From the human T2T-CHM13v2.0 reference genome, Homo sapiens: DNA of 64,000 nt. Shown here one piece after another: positions 28,447 to 41,705 of the stretch. Within the stretch, counting starts at the first letter, position 1. Every line of letters starts with the position of its first letter. The notes beneath the pieces are model-generated. The model was not told the DNA's origin, made no database searches, and saw only the letters and a program-made list of their open reading frames with translations. The DNA lies in the NCBI RefSeq assembly GCF_009914755.1, contig NC_060933.1. One strand, given 5' to 3'. Made by a program: the position numbers and the translations under genes.

Positions 28447-28809
28447 ACATTCCTTGAGAGTCTAGATGACTGCCATATCCCAATTGTGTTTTTACATTTT
28501 CTGTCTTTCTCTCTTATTCTTTTTTGCTCCAGAGACTTTGGTACTGTCCATTTCTTAGCCCTGAGTTTGCTCCTGGTATATGGACTAGATTCTATTATCC
28601 TGCCCAGAATTGTTCAGGTTTGAACTTCATGCACCTGTTTCGACACTGATACATCAAACCTATTCTGCCTGGGTACTTTGCCCAGATAGGACATCACCTT
28701 TCACTGTTCGTTCCTTAAGCTACATGGTGCCCGCCTTCCAAGTGCTGACACCTTCCCACATCTGTAGTGTGCTCACTGTGCAGTCCACCTGCCTTTATGC
28801 TTTAGGACT

Positions 28810-29017
28810 CAGTGCCATTGACAGAACTTTTCACAATGATGGGAATGTTCTACCTCTGTGTTCAGTATGGTAGCCACCGGCTGTATGTGGCTATTGAGCA
28901 CTTGAAATGTGGCTACTGCCACTGATAAACCAAATACTTAATTTTATTTGATTGTAATTCATTTAAGATTCATTTTAAATAGGCATCTGCGGCTGGTCAT
29001 TACCAAACTGGACAGCA
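28810..29017. mobile_element. MER3 (hAT-Charlie)
   Basis: agaacttttcacaatgatgggaatgttctac...tatggtagccac...tgtggctattgagcacttgaaatgtggcta. Confidence 0.85.
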
Positions 29018-32000
29018 AAACTAGGTTTTCACAAAATTCATTTAAATAATGATTAATTGAAACAGTCACCAGACACCTATAATCCTTAAGCTCAAATCAG
29101 CCAATTTACTTTAAATATTGCTTTAGAGGAAAGGCTGTCATAATAAAAAAATATATAAAAACCAAAGACATTTCTCCATGAAATAGGCTTCAATTGCATG
29201 GAGAGTGATCAGCACTTAAACAAAATCCCTCTAACTATTAAATCTTTGTGCATGTTACCATTACCTTCAGAAAGTCATAAAAGGAAATGTCCTTAATTAA
29301 AAGAGTAACTTTTGTGGCTCTAGGGACATTTAAATGTCTTCAGTATAAATAAACCACATTTGCAGTTGGATTTAAAGGTGTGTCCTTCATTCGTTCTGTT
29401 TTCAGAGCCCCAGGTTGTACCGATGCTGGATTAGGCAAGATTCCGGGCTGTGCTGCAGAATGCCTGCTGGTGCATTTTTGCTGGCAGCTGCGTCCCCACA
29501 CTGCTTTCTGTGATTAATCTTCCTTGAAACGTCTGTGGATGTAAAAGCCCATGTAAAAAGGAGTAAATGGGAGTAAGAGGAGATTGGTAACTACTAGGCA
29601 CTCACAGGCTGCATTAACTGGAGGAAATACAGTTGGAGCTTTACTAGAGGAACCCTTAGCCTGGGCTTCAGACTAGACAGCCTGAGGTGAGCTGAGTGAC
29701 ACCAAATGAAAGCTGACATGTTTCCCATGACAAAAACCAGATGGTTTGGTGAAGAATGCTGCTCCAGCTTTCTGCCTCTCTCCTGGTTTCTGCAAATCAA
29801 TTCTGTAAGATTTAGACCAAAAGCCTAAACTAAAAGAGGCATCAAATGCTGATTTTATAAATCTTGCATTTGATATCTCTTAGTTTTATGCAAATAACTA
29901 TATGTTTAGGTTTGTAAATGCATTATAATCCAGAAAAGTGAAGGCACAAGAACCACAGGGACAGCCTGTCAATCAGAGATGATGCTGGTTCAACACAGAG
30001 ACAGCATCCAATACTCCAGTGAGGTAGATGTTTATCTCCTTCTGGAGAAGCAATGGGCTCCCTTATTTGGGCATTTCCTTAACTGAATACAGGATTCATC
30101 AGTCTCATACTTGCTTCCACTTGAAAAAGAAAAAAGAAAACCAAAGCAATAAATAACTTTAAAATATAAGAAAATGTAGCCAAAAATATATCTCTATAAT
30201 ATATAGTCTGTTTGTCCAGATAACAGAATATTTTCAATCTTCCAATGAAATGTATTCAAGCTCACTGCATCCTGGATTTTGCAATCTTAGTAGTACTCCT
30301 CTAGAAATTTCAAAATGTTGCACAGCTTTATGTACAAATCAATGACTGAATCACATGCCAACTATTGCAAGTAAATTCTGAACAAGAATTTAATGTTGTA
30401 TGAGAATTAATTCCCTATTTTCCCCTAGAAGGTAGAGGGAGCTGGGAGAAACATCTTAATATTCCTTGGTTAAGGGTATCTCCTTTTCCTGCATGTTCAG
30501 TCTTCACTCTGGCAGAATTTTGCCACCCCCTCACCTCTTGTGCTCTCTGTGAATGGTAGATGCCAACACTCTAACTTCCAAACCCTGTTAAAAAGACTAT
30601 ATTTAAGATGGAAATACGTGGATTGCTTAAGTGGATGTGGCAATAAATTTTCTTTAATAGTTCACAGTTCCTTAGAGTGTCATTATTTGCTTTATCACAC
30701 TTGAAACCAGCACCAAATATTCCTTCATTCCTTACCTTGCCAGCTAGGACCACTATACTGAAAATTTCCTATTGCATGCATAAAAAGAAAAAGGGCCCAT
30801 GTAAGGCCAAAGTGGGGTGGGGGGAAATAGATTCTCTCCATCTGAAAGATTGCAGATGTCTGAGCCTGATCAGGGTCTGGGGGGGTGCTGAATTGCACAA
30901 GGAACTTCCATTTCAGTGCAGTGAGCATCAAATGCATATTAGGTTTCCTAGGGACATCTGAAAAGCAATACTGCTTATTTTTCCCTCCGTTGAGCACACA
31001 TGGTGTGGGGCTTCAAACTTGTTAGGAAAAAAGAAGGCTAGCAGAGAAAGGAGAAAAGCCTAGCTGAGAGGGAGACCAAGAGTCTGTCGCCAGGCAAGAA
31101 GGAAAAAATTGAGATGTTCGTATTTTTACAAAATGATTTCTTGTTCAAATTGTACTCTTGCTTTTCAAGAGCAGCCAGGAAAATGAAGTTATTCGTACAT
31201 TCAAATTTTCCCCTCTGCTGTCATTTCAATTTAATTATTGCTCAAACATCTGTAATGGAAAACGTTAGGGGCTTAGAGCAGGGTTTTCAGTTTGGATCTT
31301 TCTAAGTCTGTCCCTGAATAGATGATGGAACTTGGACAAGTGAGCATGGCCTTCAGAGAAACAAGAGGATCCTAATATCTACATTACAGTGTGGATGAGA
31401 AGATTTAATGAAGTAATAAATTTAATATCAATGTAACATCAAATAAGTGTAAGTCAATCCTCAGCATGTTAGCTGAGTCCAAATATAATTGTCACATGTT
31501 TTAAACTGAGAGTAGGAGTCCTTTTTCCTGCATAGCCCTGGAGTTCTTATTTATACCATATCATCTTGAGTTCAGGATTTTGTTTGAGACAAATTTATTT
31601 GAATTTGAGGAGAAAAGACAGTACATGGTGTCGCATCAAAGCAGTGGTCATTGACTTATCTTCCATCAGAACAAAAGGCAGAAGATGGAGGAGGTCTTCC
31701 AGGCTCTGTTTTGTAGGAGTTTGGGATTCTTTTCTAAAGACCTTGGAAAGGTGGTGATGCCTGCAAAGTCTTCCCTAGACATGGAATTTCTCTAAACTAA
31801 TTTGAAATTGAAAAGTAGCTGACTCTCAGAATTTGGGGGATCTCAAACCAGATGATCTGGAGTTACGGAATTGTATGGATAATAGTTAGGTTTGCTTACT
31901 TGCCATTTGGATTCTGATGTAGCATTTGATAAGTAGATGCCAACAAAAGACTCAACAAAAACATTACCTTAATTCTGACCTGGCTCAGCAGCGGTCTGTA

Positions 32001-33256
32001 TTTAGAGCCCTCAATAAAGTTTTTTTCCAACAAATAGTTTTTTTTTTCAAGTCTTTTATAGACATGGGGCCATTGAATTTTTTTCCTCTCTGGTGTTTTA
32101 TTGTCCAATTGCCTAGACTCTCAGAATTGAGCAGAAATAGAGAAACCTTTTCCAACGCATACAATTGATGGTTTGGCTCTTACAGTCTTCTGGTCAAGTT
32201 GAAGCAGGCAGGGAATGCGATGCCAATGTCCCCAGGCTCAGCTTAGGGCTTCGAGGCCTTCAGTAGGTTCTCCTAGAGCTCTGTTTTTAGAAGAGCAACA
32301 GATCCTCTTTAACCAAAGGGAATGAAAGAAGTCCCTTTATCCACCACTCGTGTATTCTTTCCAGTCCTGATGGTAGATTTTGTCAGCAGGAGCCACAGCA
32401 GGCTAGGAGTTTTATATAGGTCAGATGCTGAGGCTCTTTCCCCTCCAGCGGCATTTCCCAGCAGGTTGGGTTTCCTCATCAATCACGCGTTGCCCATATT
32501 GAGTTTCCTGGTTCAGCTGCTCATGTGGCCATGCTAAGGCTGAGGGAACTGGAGTCAGCATTAATCATGAGACTCGTCACTCTTGGGGCTGGATTGGCTT
32601 GGAGGATGCCTATAGTTAGGCTTTTTCCCTGGAGAAATGTCAGCTTAGACAAAAAAAAAAGCTCAACTTCTGCTTGATGTTTAATAGCTTGGTCATTATG
32701 AGGGATCCTATAAAACCCCCACCCCCTGCTGTTATGTGGGTGTTTTGTAACCGTAAAATCAGTCATTTCTTCCACAGCATATTTACTGGCTCCATAGAGG
32801 ACAATCTACAAGGATTCTAACTTACCTCTCACCTGTCTCCTTACCTAGTTCCCACACAATTATCCCTGGAGACGACTGAACCCTGGCTTGTTTGTTTAAG
32901 TGTGTTATCATTCAGCTGTGCACTGTTTTTAAGTGATGCCGCGTTCTGTAATTAGTGCTGTTAGCAAAGGTGGCATCTACAGAGTTGCTGGCCGTTGCTG
33001 TCAGGTACTGTGGCAAGTTTCAATCACACTGTTTCCTTTAGTGCTAGACGTTGCCTCGGCTTTGAGGTGTGGGAGCTGTTAATTAGTATCTGAAATGCGC
33101 ATCTGTATTCCCGCTGCTGTATTTCCCCTGATGGCCCCTGTCACTGTGACTTCTAAGTCTTCTGTCTGGGAGCTATTTGTTGAATTTAATTCCACATTGG
33201 AGAATAAATGTGGGTGTCCTAGGACTTAGCCCATGGAAGGAATCTGCTGAGAATCT

Positions 33257-33675
33257 AACTAACTTTTAGGGTTTTTCTTGAAGATGACCCTGTGGCAAGG
33301 ATTTGAGTGCAAGTCATTTATTTGGGAGGTGATGGGTGGCCCCGGAAACACTAGGAGGGGAGTGGGAAAGGTAGACAGGAAGAGACACCAGCCAGTAGTC
33401 ATCAGGCCACTTACTGCTGTGGACAGCTGGAGCTTGCTTGACCTCCCTGGGAAACAATGGCGGCCAGGGTAGCATGATCCCACCTAATAGACAGGTGAGT
33501 TGCGGTATTTATCCTCAACAGCCCTCTTCAGTCAGAGTAGGCCCCAGAGCCCAGACAAAAATGCCCAGGCAAAAAAATGCAGGTGCTGGCAAGTAGAAGT
33601 CTGGGCAGTGTGTGACCATGGTAAGGCTGGGTCCCGGGGAAGTGGGGGAAGGAGCTCCCCTAACTCCACAACCCA
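33257..33675 (-). mobile_element. ERVL LTR (LTR16/LTR33-like)
   Basis: caaggatttgagtgcaagtcatttatttgggaggtgat matches the antisense 3' end of this LTR group. Confidence 0.6.
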
Positions 33676-34379
33676 GGTGCCAAAGCAAACTGGCAAAGCC
33701 GAAATCCCTGATTATGTCATAACTAGAAAGGACCTGGGAGAGGATGTCATTCAAGTCTTCTAACTCCTACAGATATATTTTCCATAGCTGTCATCCAACT
33801 TCCACCTGAACACCCCCAAGTGATGGAGGGCTCAAAGATGTCCGTTCCATGGATAGATAGTTCTAGTCGTCATTCTACCTGTTACTTTCAAAATTTCCAT
33901 GTTTTATTCAAACAGCCATTCATTCCATGTTCATTGAGCATCTCCTGGGTAGGAAGAACAGTATGAAGAACTGAGATTTACAGATGACATGGCCACTGTA
34001 GCTCTCATGGTTGCATATGGAGGAGAGGAATAGACAAGCAGAGATGTTATTCTCCTACAGCATTTTCACAGGGTGCTCTCATTGCACCAGATACATACAC
34101 TGCAGAAAAGGGAGTGATTACCTTTCCACAAGAAAGGAAGGTGAAGCAGTCAGAATAGGTTTCACAGAGGAGTGAAGAGTGATTAAAGCTCACTGAGTAG
34201 GAGAAGAAATGGGTGAGATATACTCAGCATGAAGTTAATGGTGGTGACAGCCACATTAGATTCCCCCATGCTTTGAAAACTATTGATGCCAATAGAAATT
34301 CCCACACCTACAGAACAAGCGCTTTATTAGTATCTTAAACTAGAGCTCTACTTATAATGGGATTAAAAGAAATTACTTA

Positions 34380-34740
<361 letters not shown>

Positions 34741-36475
34741 TCAGTATTTTTTCTTCTATCCAGTTTTCCAAACCTCCATCAATTACCCTAGTGGCTCAAA
34801 ATGAGCTCATCTACAAGATAATTTTTTACTTCCTCTGCAGATATTTTCAGAGGTATTAGGAGCAAACACATGGATACACAGAAACTACCACCAGTTGTAC
34901 CACATAGAAATAGATTCTATAAAAAGTAGCTCAAGTCAACTACACACTGGTCTAGTAGCCTGTGACTAAATAGTGCTGATCACTGTACTTGCTGCATGTG
35001 GGAATGCAGAAAAGAAGATAAGTCCACAGCTTGTCACAACATTCACAACCTTCAAAACGAGGTGAACCTAGAAAATGAGCTAATCAAATATGGGTGTGAC
35101 TGGTTTATATTTGCATACATGTATATAAAGAAAGAGGTGTGTGTGAGAGACATTTATCCTGAAAAATGAATAGAAAAAAATTGGTATACTCTTCCCTAAA
35201 ATAAGAAGTTTATATTCAACAATTTTTTGTCATTTTAGAGATAAACAGGAAAAAGTAGTCAAGATACCATCATGTAGAAAAGTCACAAACTGGCTGTCTT
35301 TAAGCCAAATTCAGCTTGTAGATGGGTCATGCTTGGCTCACACAGTGTTCACCCGCAGAGAGTTTTAAATCTGAACTAGTTGCCATCCTTTAAAAATAAT
35401 GATAGTATAGATCAAAATTCAAGTTTCCGAATTCACTTAGAGTATCAAACTGCCTGGCAATTCTGAGGCTATATTTCACATGACATTCAGTGGTTTTCTC
35501 CTTTTAATAAGCAAATACTTTCTAGTAGACCACTCCCCTCCTCTTACTATGGAAGGTAATTATCACCCATCATTTCATTTCTCCTGGCTTCTTTCATTTA
35601 CATTCCCGGTCTGGCCCTTGCAAAACTTTGAGATGGCCAGAAAGGTATAAACTAAGAAATGAAGAACAAGACTTAGATATTTAAATTTTATTTTCTATGT
35701 TGCATTTCCCAAGATCACTGGGAAACTGAAAGATGCTCCAGGATAAAAGACAGTCCGTAGGAAAATAAGTTTGATAAACTAACCCCTTTTGAAATTCTCA
35801 TTGTGCCAGGGCATGTAGAAAATGATGAAAAGTCTCTGGGAAAGCTCATGACAGGCAAACTTGCCTGGCTTTGGTTAGACAATAAAGATCTACTGGAAGG
35901 TTTCAGGTAGTGGAGACTATGCATTAGATCAGAACTATGCATTAGCTAGTTAAATTTGCTGAAAGTACAATTTCCCTAAAAACAAGAGCGAATGTAAATT
36001 AAAGAAGCACTATCTATATCCTTCATGTTTTTCCTCTCATCTTAGTCTTATGCATGGGTTCTGCACTGAGCATCTTTCCCAGTTTCACCATTAGTTGACC
36101 CCTGCAACTTACAATCCTTGTACTTAAATTCACATCTCTATAAATTAGTAACAATGCCTTATGTTCTGATACGTATGAGGATTAAATGAGATAGTACCTA
36201 TATTCTCATTTATATCTTCTTCTTACTACTGCTATTATCTATAGATTCATAGATTTCTATATACGTATGTTCCAGAAAAATTTCCTGGGCATTTTGATAT
36301 ATTATATAGGACACTGAACTCATCTACTTACCCAGTGAAAAATTTATGTCCTCTGAAGTGTATTAATGAGGCTCCTTTGGTTGAAATTCTAATTATACTG
36401 TATGGACTTATATATTTTTGTCTTCCTCAGGGAAAGGAAGTTACAAATTTTTGTCTTCCTCAGGGAAGAACATAT

Positions 36476-36627
36476 AGAAAGAAAGAGGAAAGGAAAAGGA
36501 AAAAGGAAGGAAGGGAGAAAGAGAACGAAAGAAAGAAGGAAGGAAGGAAAAGAAAAGGAAAGAAAGGAAGAAAGGAAGGAAGGAAGGAAGAAAGAAAAGA
36601 AAGAAAGAAAGATAGAAAGAAAGAAAC
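36476..36627 (+). repeat. Polypurine (GAAA/GGAA)n low-complexity tract
   Basis: About 150 nt with only two pyrimidines. Confidence 0.95.
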
Positions 36628-38390
36628 AAACAAACCTTGTTCCCCTAGAGAATAAGAGTGAAAGTAAGCCAGTGTGGCAAGTTAATGTTAGTCGGAAACA
36701 ACAGAAGCTCCTTTGCAAACTAGGAGAACAGAGAATTGGCTCAGTCATTTTCCAGAAATGAGAATTTCTAGGTCAACCGCAAAATTAGAAGTTTATAACC
36801 AAGAGTTCAGCCAAAAGAGCCAACAGTTCCCCATGAGTCTGAGGGTTATCCACTACAGCTATGTTCAAGCTTATGTTCTGTTTTCAGCTTGGTATTCTAA
36901 CCGTGCTATGGCAGAAATACCTCTGATCATGCCCTTCTTGCATTGGTTTGATCTTCCATCTCTGAAGTCAACTAAGGCCATATGCAGTAGACATTTCTGT
37001 AAAGACCATCACCAAGCGTGGGATGCTTGGTGCAAAGGCATAGATGAGATACCCCGAGCTATGATGAGGTTACCTAAAGAATCTCAGGAAGCCAACCCCC
37101 AACTACCTGAAGGGGGAACATTTCAAAAATATCAGGATCTTACTATGTTTCAGGAACCAGGCTACAGATGGGGAAACAACAATAAACAAAAAGCAGACCA
37201 ATCTCTGCCCTGTAAAGCTTATGGTCTAGAGAGGAAGGCAGACAAATTCTGCAACTTTGGTTAGTGTTCAAGAGGAAAGAGGCTTAGTACTTTGAGGGGC
37301 TGTCATCCGGCTTCATCTTGGAGGTCAGAGAAGGCATTCCTGGGGAAGCAAAATCTAGATGATGACTAAGAATTAACCAGGCAAAAAAGGGATGGAAGTA
37401 AAATTTCAGATTCTATTTGCACCAGCCTCATAGCAATAGCATCAGAAATATTCAAGGATCTGAAAGAAAAAATACAGTGTAGTTGAAGTCTACAGAAAAG
37501 ATCCAACTGATGCACCAAGAGAAAAAAATGAAAAGAACAAAATAGAGCATAAGAGATATAAGGAACCCAATCAAATGCTCCCTAGCACAGCTGCAACTTG
37601 AGTCCCAGAAGGAGAAGAGAGGCTGAAATGGGGCAGAGCATTATTTGAAGAAATAATATCCAAGAGTATTCCAAAACAGGTGACAGACTTTGACCCACAG
37701 ACTAGATCTAAATGTTCAGCAAATCCCGGCAAATGATAGATAAACAAATTGTAATATGCCCATACAATGGGGTTCTATTCAGCATAAAAGACAGAACTTC
37801 TGATATTTGAAACAACATAGAAGACTCTAAAAGCATTATGATAAATGAAAGAAGCTTGTCACAAAAGGCTACATACTGTATGATGCCATTCATATCACAT
37901 TCCGAAAAAGGCAACACGATAGTGATAAAAATCAGACCAGTGGCCACCAATGCCTGGGGTGGGTAGGAAACTGGCTGGAAGGAGGTACAGGAAAACTTCT
38001 GGATTGGGGGCCTCTCACATATTAACAGTATGATAAAAACAGGCTACAAAGTAATATCACCAGTAGGATGGAGATTTTGTTATATTTATAATAGAAAAGT
38101 CTAAAAGAAAACATCCATAATTCAACCATCAGGAGTTAGCTACTGCTTCATTTTTGTTTGCTTTTAATTGTGTTGTTTACACTTTTCTTTACTGAGTTTT
38201 CTACAATGAGAATATAACTATTATAGTTAGGGAAAATATTATTTTTGAAAACAACTAGTAATATTCATACTGATTCTAAAACATAAGCAAGCTATTTCCT
38301 AATAAGTTTATAATTTATTTTCTAATTTTAAATATTCTCCTTTAATAAAAGAATGTTTTTAAAATAATTTTAAAATTTTGTATTGTTAAT

Positions 38391-38394
<4 letters not shown>

Positions 38395-38436
<42 letters not shown>
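38395..38436. repeat. (CA)21 microsatellite
   Basis: Direct read. Confidence 0.95.
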
Positions 38437-38438
<2 letters not shown>

Positions 38439-40094
38439 CTTCATCCATATTTTAAAATCTCTGTCTATAGTAATCACTACCTTTGGGTTTGCAGAATTCT
38501 TAGCTAAATTATTCACTTACCTGACCACCCCCCCCAACAAGCCCCCAAATAAAGTGAATTTCCAACATGGTGTTTGCATTGCTAATTGATGTCTACCTGC
38601 AAGATTTTCCAAGTGGAAGGTACAAAGGGAGACGGCAGGTCTCCAAAAACAGATCAGGGCTCCCTAGCCTTTGTGCCTCACCTGTTTCTAAACAGCACAA
38701 TTAGAGCAATAAATGCTGCAGCCCCATGTTTGGCCTGACGGGATGATGACCCTGCGGCTCAGCAAGGCCACGTATGACAGACTAACTACTTGAAAAAGGA
38801 CTCTCTTGAGGGTTACTTAACACAGTCACCTGTTGATTTATGAACACGCACACTCACACATACCTTGTCTCACCCTTTTAATCATATCAATTTGCTGCAT
38901 CTCAGCAAAAGAAAAAAAACCGAAACCACTAATTACTCACAAATAAGTCAATGGCAAAGCTCCACATCTGCTCAATCTGGATGGATGAAGTTTGTAAACC
39001 ACTAACACTTCATTTTCCCCTATTTTGTAATGAATTTTTAATTACATAAGAAATAAGTGAATTCATTCTCTTCTGAAATATTAGGACATTTACTCAAAAG
39101 TGCCTTTTGACCACATTCTCCAATTTCTATCCCTCTGAACCCTCCCCTTGGATAGTTTGGGGTTTGGGGATTTAGCCTTGCAGTCCTTTTATATATAGTC
39201 TATAGTAGCCTATAGTGCAGCACAGAGAGCGGTATTTCTTCATGAGGGTTTTTCTTGTTTTTCTTTTCTTCTTTCTCTCTCCCTCGCCCTCATTCTTTTC
39301 TTACATAAATGGTTTCATGCTGCAGTTTCATTCCGCAAATTGCTCATTTTTTTTTTTGAGCCTTATCCCAGGCTAGTTCAACTAGATCACTTTTATTTAT
39401 TTTAACTGCTGTATACAATTCCATCATATAAATACAGCACACACACACTTTACTTATTCCCTGTTTGATTCCCTGTTGATAAACAATCCAATTTTTCACC
39501 ATCACAAGCAATGCCACCACGTACATAGTCATATCTGACAATCCATGTCCACATGTTCCTCCCACCCAGGCACACCAGGTCCATTGCCACCACACTGAAA
39601 TGTCAGGCAGCTTGACAATCAAGTCACGTGGTGCCTGGGTCTCAGTTCAGTTCTCCGCGTTCTGGAACTCGGTGGAGCAGGGCTCTTAGGGTCTTGTGGC
39701 CACCTCACCGGGTCAGACTCTCCCCGAGGTGGGAGGACAAGCTAATAGGAGAAACAGGGCCATTTCTTCACCCAACCACTCAGGCTGCCAGACTCATTTT
39801 CAGATTCAAATGCAAAATTTCATTATTTCCCCTCAAACCTAAAACCCCACCTAAAGGCGGTTGAGTATTTGGCATTCCCTCTACATTGATCCTGGCTGAG
39901 GAGGGCCCGGGGAACTCAGGTCTGAGGAGGACACGTTTTCCAAGGAGGCCCTCCTTCCAGTGCTGCCAGGAGAGGGAAAAGGCACTCAGGGAGTTTTTGC
40001 TGGAGATAAGAGCAATTTTTGAAAAAAAGGCAGTAAGGCAGGAGGTGGAGTCTGCCACGGGTGTCTTTCACACTTGCTACTTTCCATCCCGTTA

Positions 40095-40780
40095 ATACAA
40101 TCCCGGCCCTGTTTCCCGGCCCCGCGGCCATTGCAGAGTCATGAAGTCATCGCAGCTGCGCCTGCAGCCAGGCGGGAACGGGAACGGGAACTGGCTGGCC
40201 GCGGTCCCTTCTGTCCCCCGCCAGCCGGAAATGTCCGCGCGCTGAAAAGCAGACGCTGCCTGCCCGGGGAACGGCGAGAGAGAGCGAGAAAAAAAAAGCC
40301 TGAAGGCGGCGCGGCAGCCAGCGAGCGGGGAGAAACAGATTCACACCCAGGGGCCTCCGGGCAGGGCCCACGGGACTCAGGCCGTGTCCCGCTTGGAATG
40401 TGGAGCAGGCGCGGCCTCGGCGTCAGCAGAGCTCCCCTGCATCTCCTCCTGGGGGTGTGGGGGCCGAGTGGGAGAACTGGCGGACAGAGGAAAGGGGCCT
40501 CGCTCGCAAGGCCCGGGCGGGGAGGCCTGGCCTCCTGCTCAGTCGGTGCAAATGGAAAAAGAGACGTAAGTGCCAAGTCCCAAAAGAGCAAGTCATGGGC
40601 CCGGGCTTTACAATCTGTTTCATGAGTTATTCCTCCAAGCATGCCTGGCAGTCGAGTTTCTTCATTAGTGCTGCAGCAAGCAGATGGGAACATGAGCGCC
40701 CGAGAGCATGGAGGCCTCGCAGGCAAGCAGGTGGCAGCCCCCAACATTCTGGGCAGGCTCTGGGGTCGAGGGAGCACGTT
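40095..40780 (+). promoter_or_regulatory. CpG island / TATA-less promoter
   Basis: The only GC- and CpG-dense non-Alu stretch in the window; ETS motif CCGGAAAT at 40225-40232, (CGGGAA)3 at 40173-40190, and a consensus splice donor GTAAGT at 40566. Confidence 0.85.
40398..40565 (+). CDS. C9orf170: Putative 121-aa protein, coding exon 1 (56 codons, MWSRRGLGVS...ANGKRD)
   Basis: ATG at 40398 with G at -3; phase-0 donor GAC|GTAAGT. Joining to exon 2 gives 121 aa, matching my recollection of C9orf170. Translation is unproven. Confidence 0.7.
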
Positions 40781-41401
40781 CTGATGCTTAAATAGCCTCA
40801 CCTTTTATCCTGACTGGGGTAGTCCTGTGTGGTGGTTTGGTGCCCGTTTTACACCTAGACCCTCTCTCTACCCCTTGACTCGCTCTCTACCCCTTCATCC
40901 ATAAGTAATGTCTGCCTCCGCCTGATCCCAGGCTGCCTTTCTGGGGTTCCAGAGACGCTGGTTGTGATGAGCAGCAAAGGGCCTCACTGTCTAAGTCGCC
41001 CAGCAGTTCCCTTGTCCTCGGGAAGGCTGCATCTTAATGGAGACCAGGAAAGGTAATGCAGGGATGGAGTCTGGATGAGGACCTGCCAAGTTGCGAGGAA
41101 GGTGGAATGGCATAGACACGGCGTTCCAAGCAGCCAGGGTTAGCCAGTCAGCTTTCCCAGTGATAGAAACCTTGTAGGCACTTTATCCTGTGACCCCAAC
41201 TGTCCTCCTCAGGTGTCAACTTCCTTTCCATTACCATTAACTCCTCTTATTCCAACCACAGCTGTTGTCAACCCTCTCAAACCTCTGAAAAACAGGATAA
41301 AAGCCCCAGTGGGTATCAAAATCTCTGCCTTGAAATCCTTTTGAAACGAAGATTGTTATTGAGGGAGGTTTTCAGAATGAAGAGGAGGCTGCTGCCGTCT
41401 G

Positions 41402-41705
41402 AATGTGATGGTATTAGGAGGTGGGGCCTTTGGGAAATGATCAGGGCATGAAAGTCCTCATGAGTGGGATCAGTGCCCTTATAAAAAAGGCCCCAGAGAG
41501 CTGCCTTGCCCTTCCCACCATATGAGGACACAGGGAAAAGGCACCTTCTATACAAACCAGGAAACAGACCCTCACCAGATGCTGAATCTGCTGGTGCCTT
41601 GCTCTTGAGCTTCCCAGCCCCCAGAACTGTGGGAACAAACATCTGTTGCTTATTAGCCACCCAGTGTATGGTATCCTGTTAGAGCAGCCTCAGATGACTA
41701 AGGCG
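41402..41705 (+). mobile_element. MLT1A/MLT1A0 LTR (5'-truncated)
   Basis: gtgatggtattaggaggtggggcctttggg...gtgcccttataaaa...ccagaactgtg...gactaagg. Confidence 0.85.

Noticed and set aside
36335-36761. Lys/Arg/Glu-rich and Phe/Leu/Ser-rich ORFs
   Set aside because: Translations of the polypurine tract.
36713-37264. 183-aa ORF
   Set aside because: TTG start, no recognisable homology or promoter context, and the 3' part runs into L2-like sequence.
40074-40397. N-terminal extension of the 183-aa plus-strand ORF
   Set aside because: Starts at TTG upstream of the probable TSS; only the part from ATG 40398 fits the spliced model.
40451-40525. G-quadruplex in exon 1
   Set aside because: The fourth G-run needs a loop of about 20 nt, so support is weak.
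40139-40801. 220-aa minus-strand ORF and other overlapping ORFs in the CpG island
   Set aside because: Stop-codon depletion in GC-rich DNA; non-ATG start, low-complexity Pro/Arg/Ala composition and no recognisable domain.
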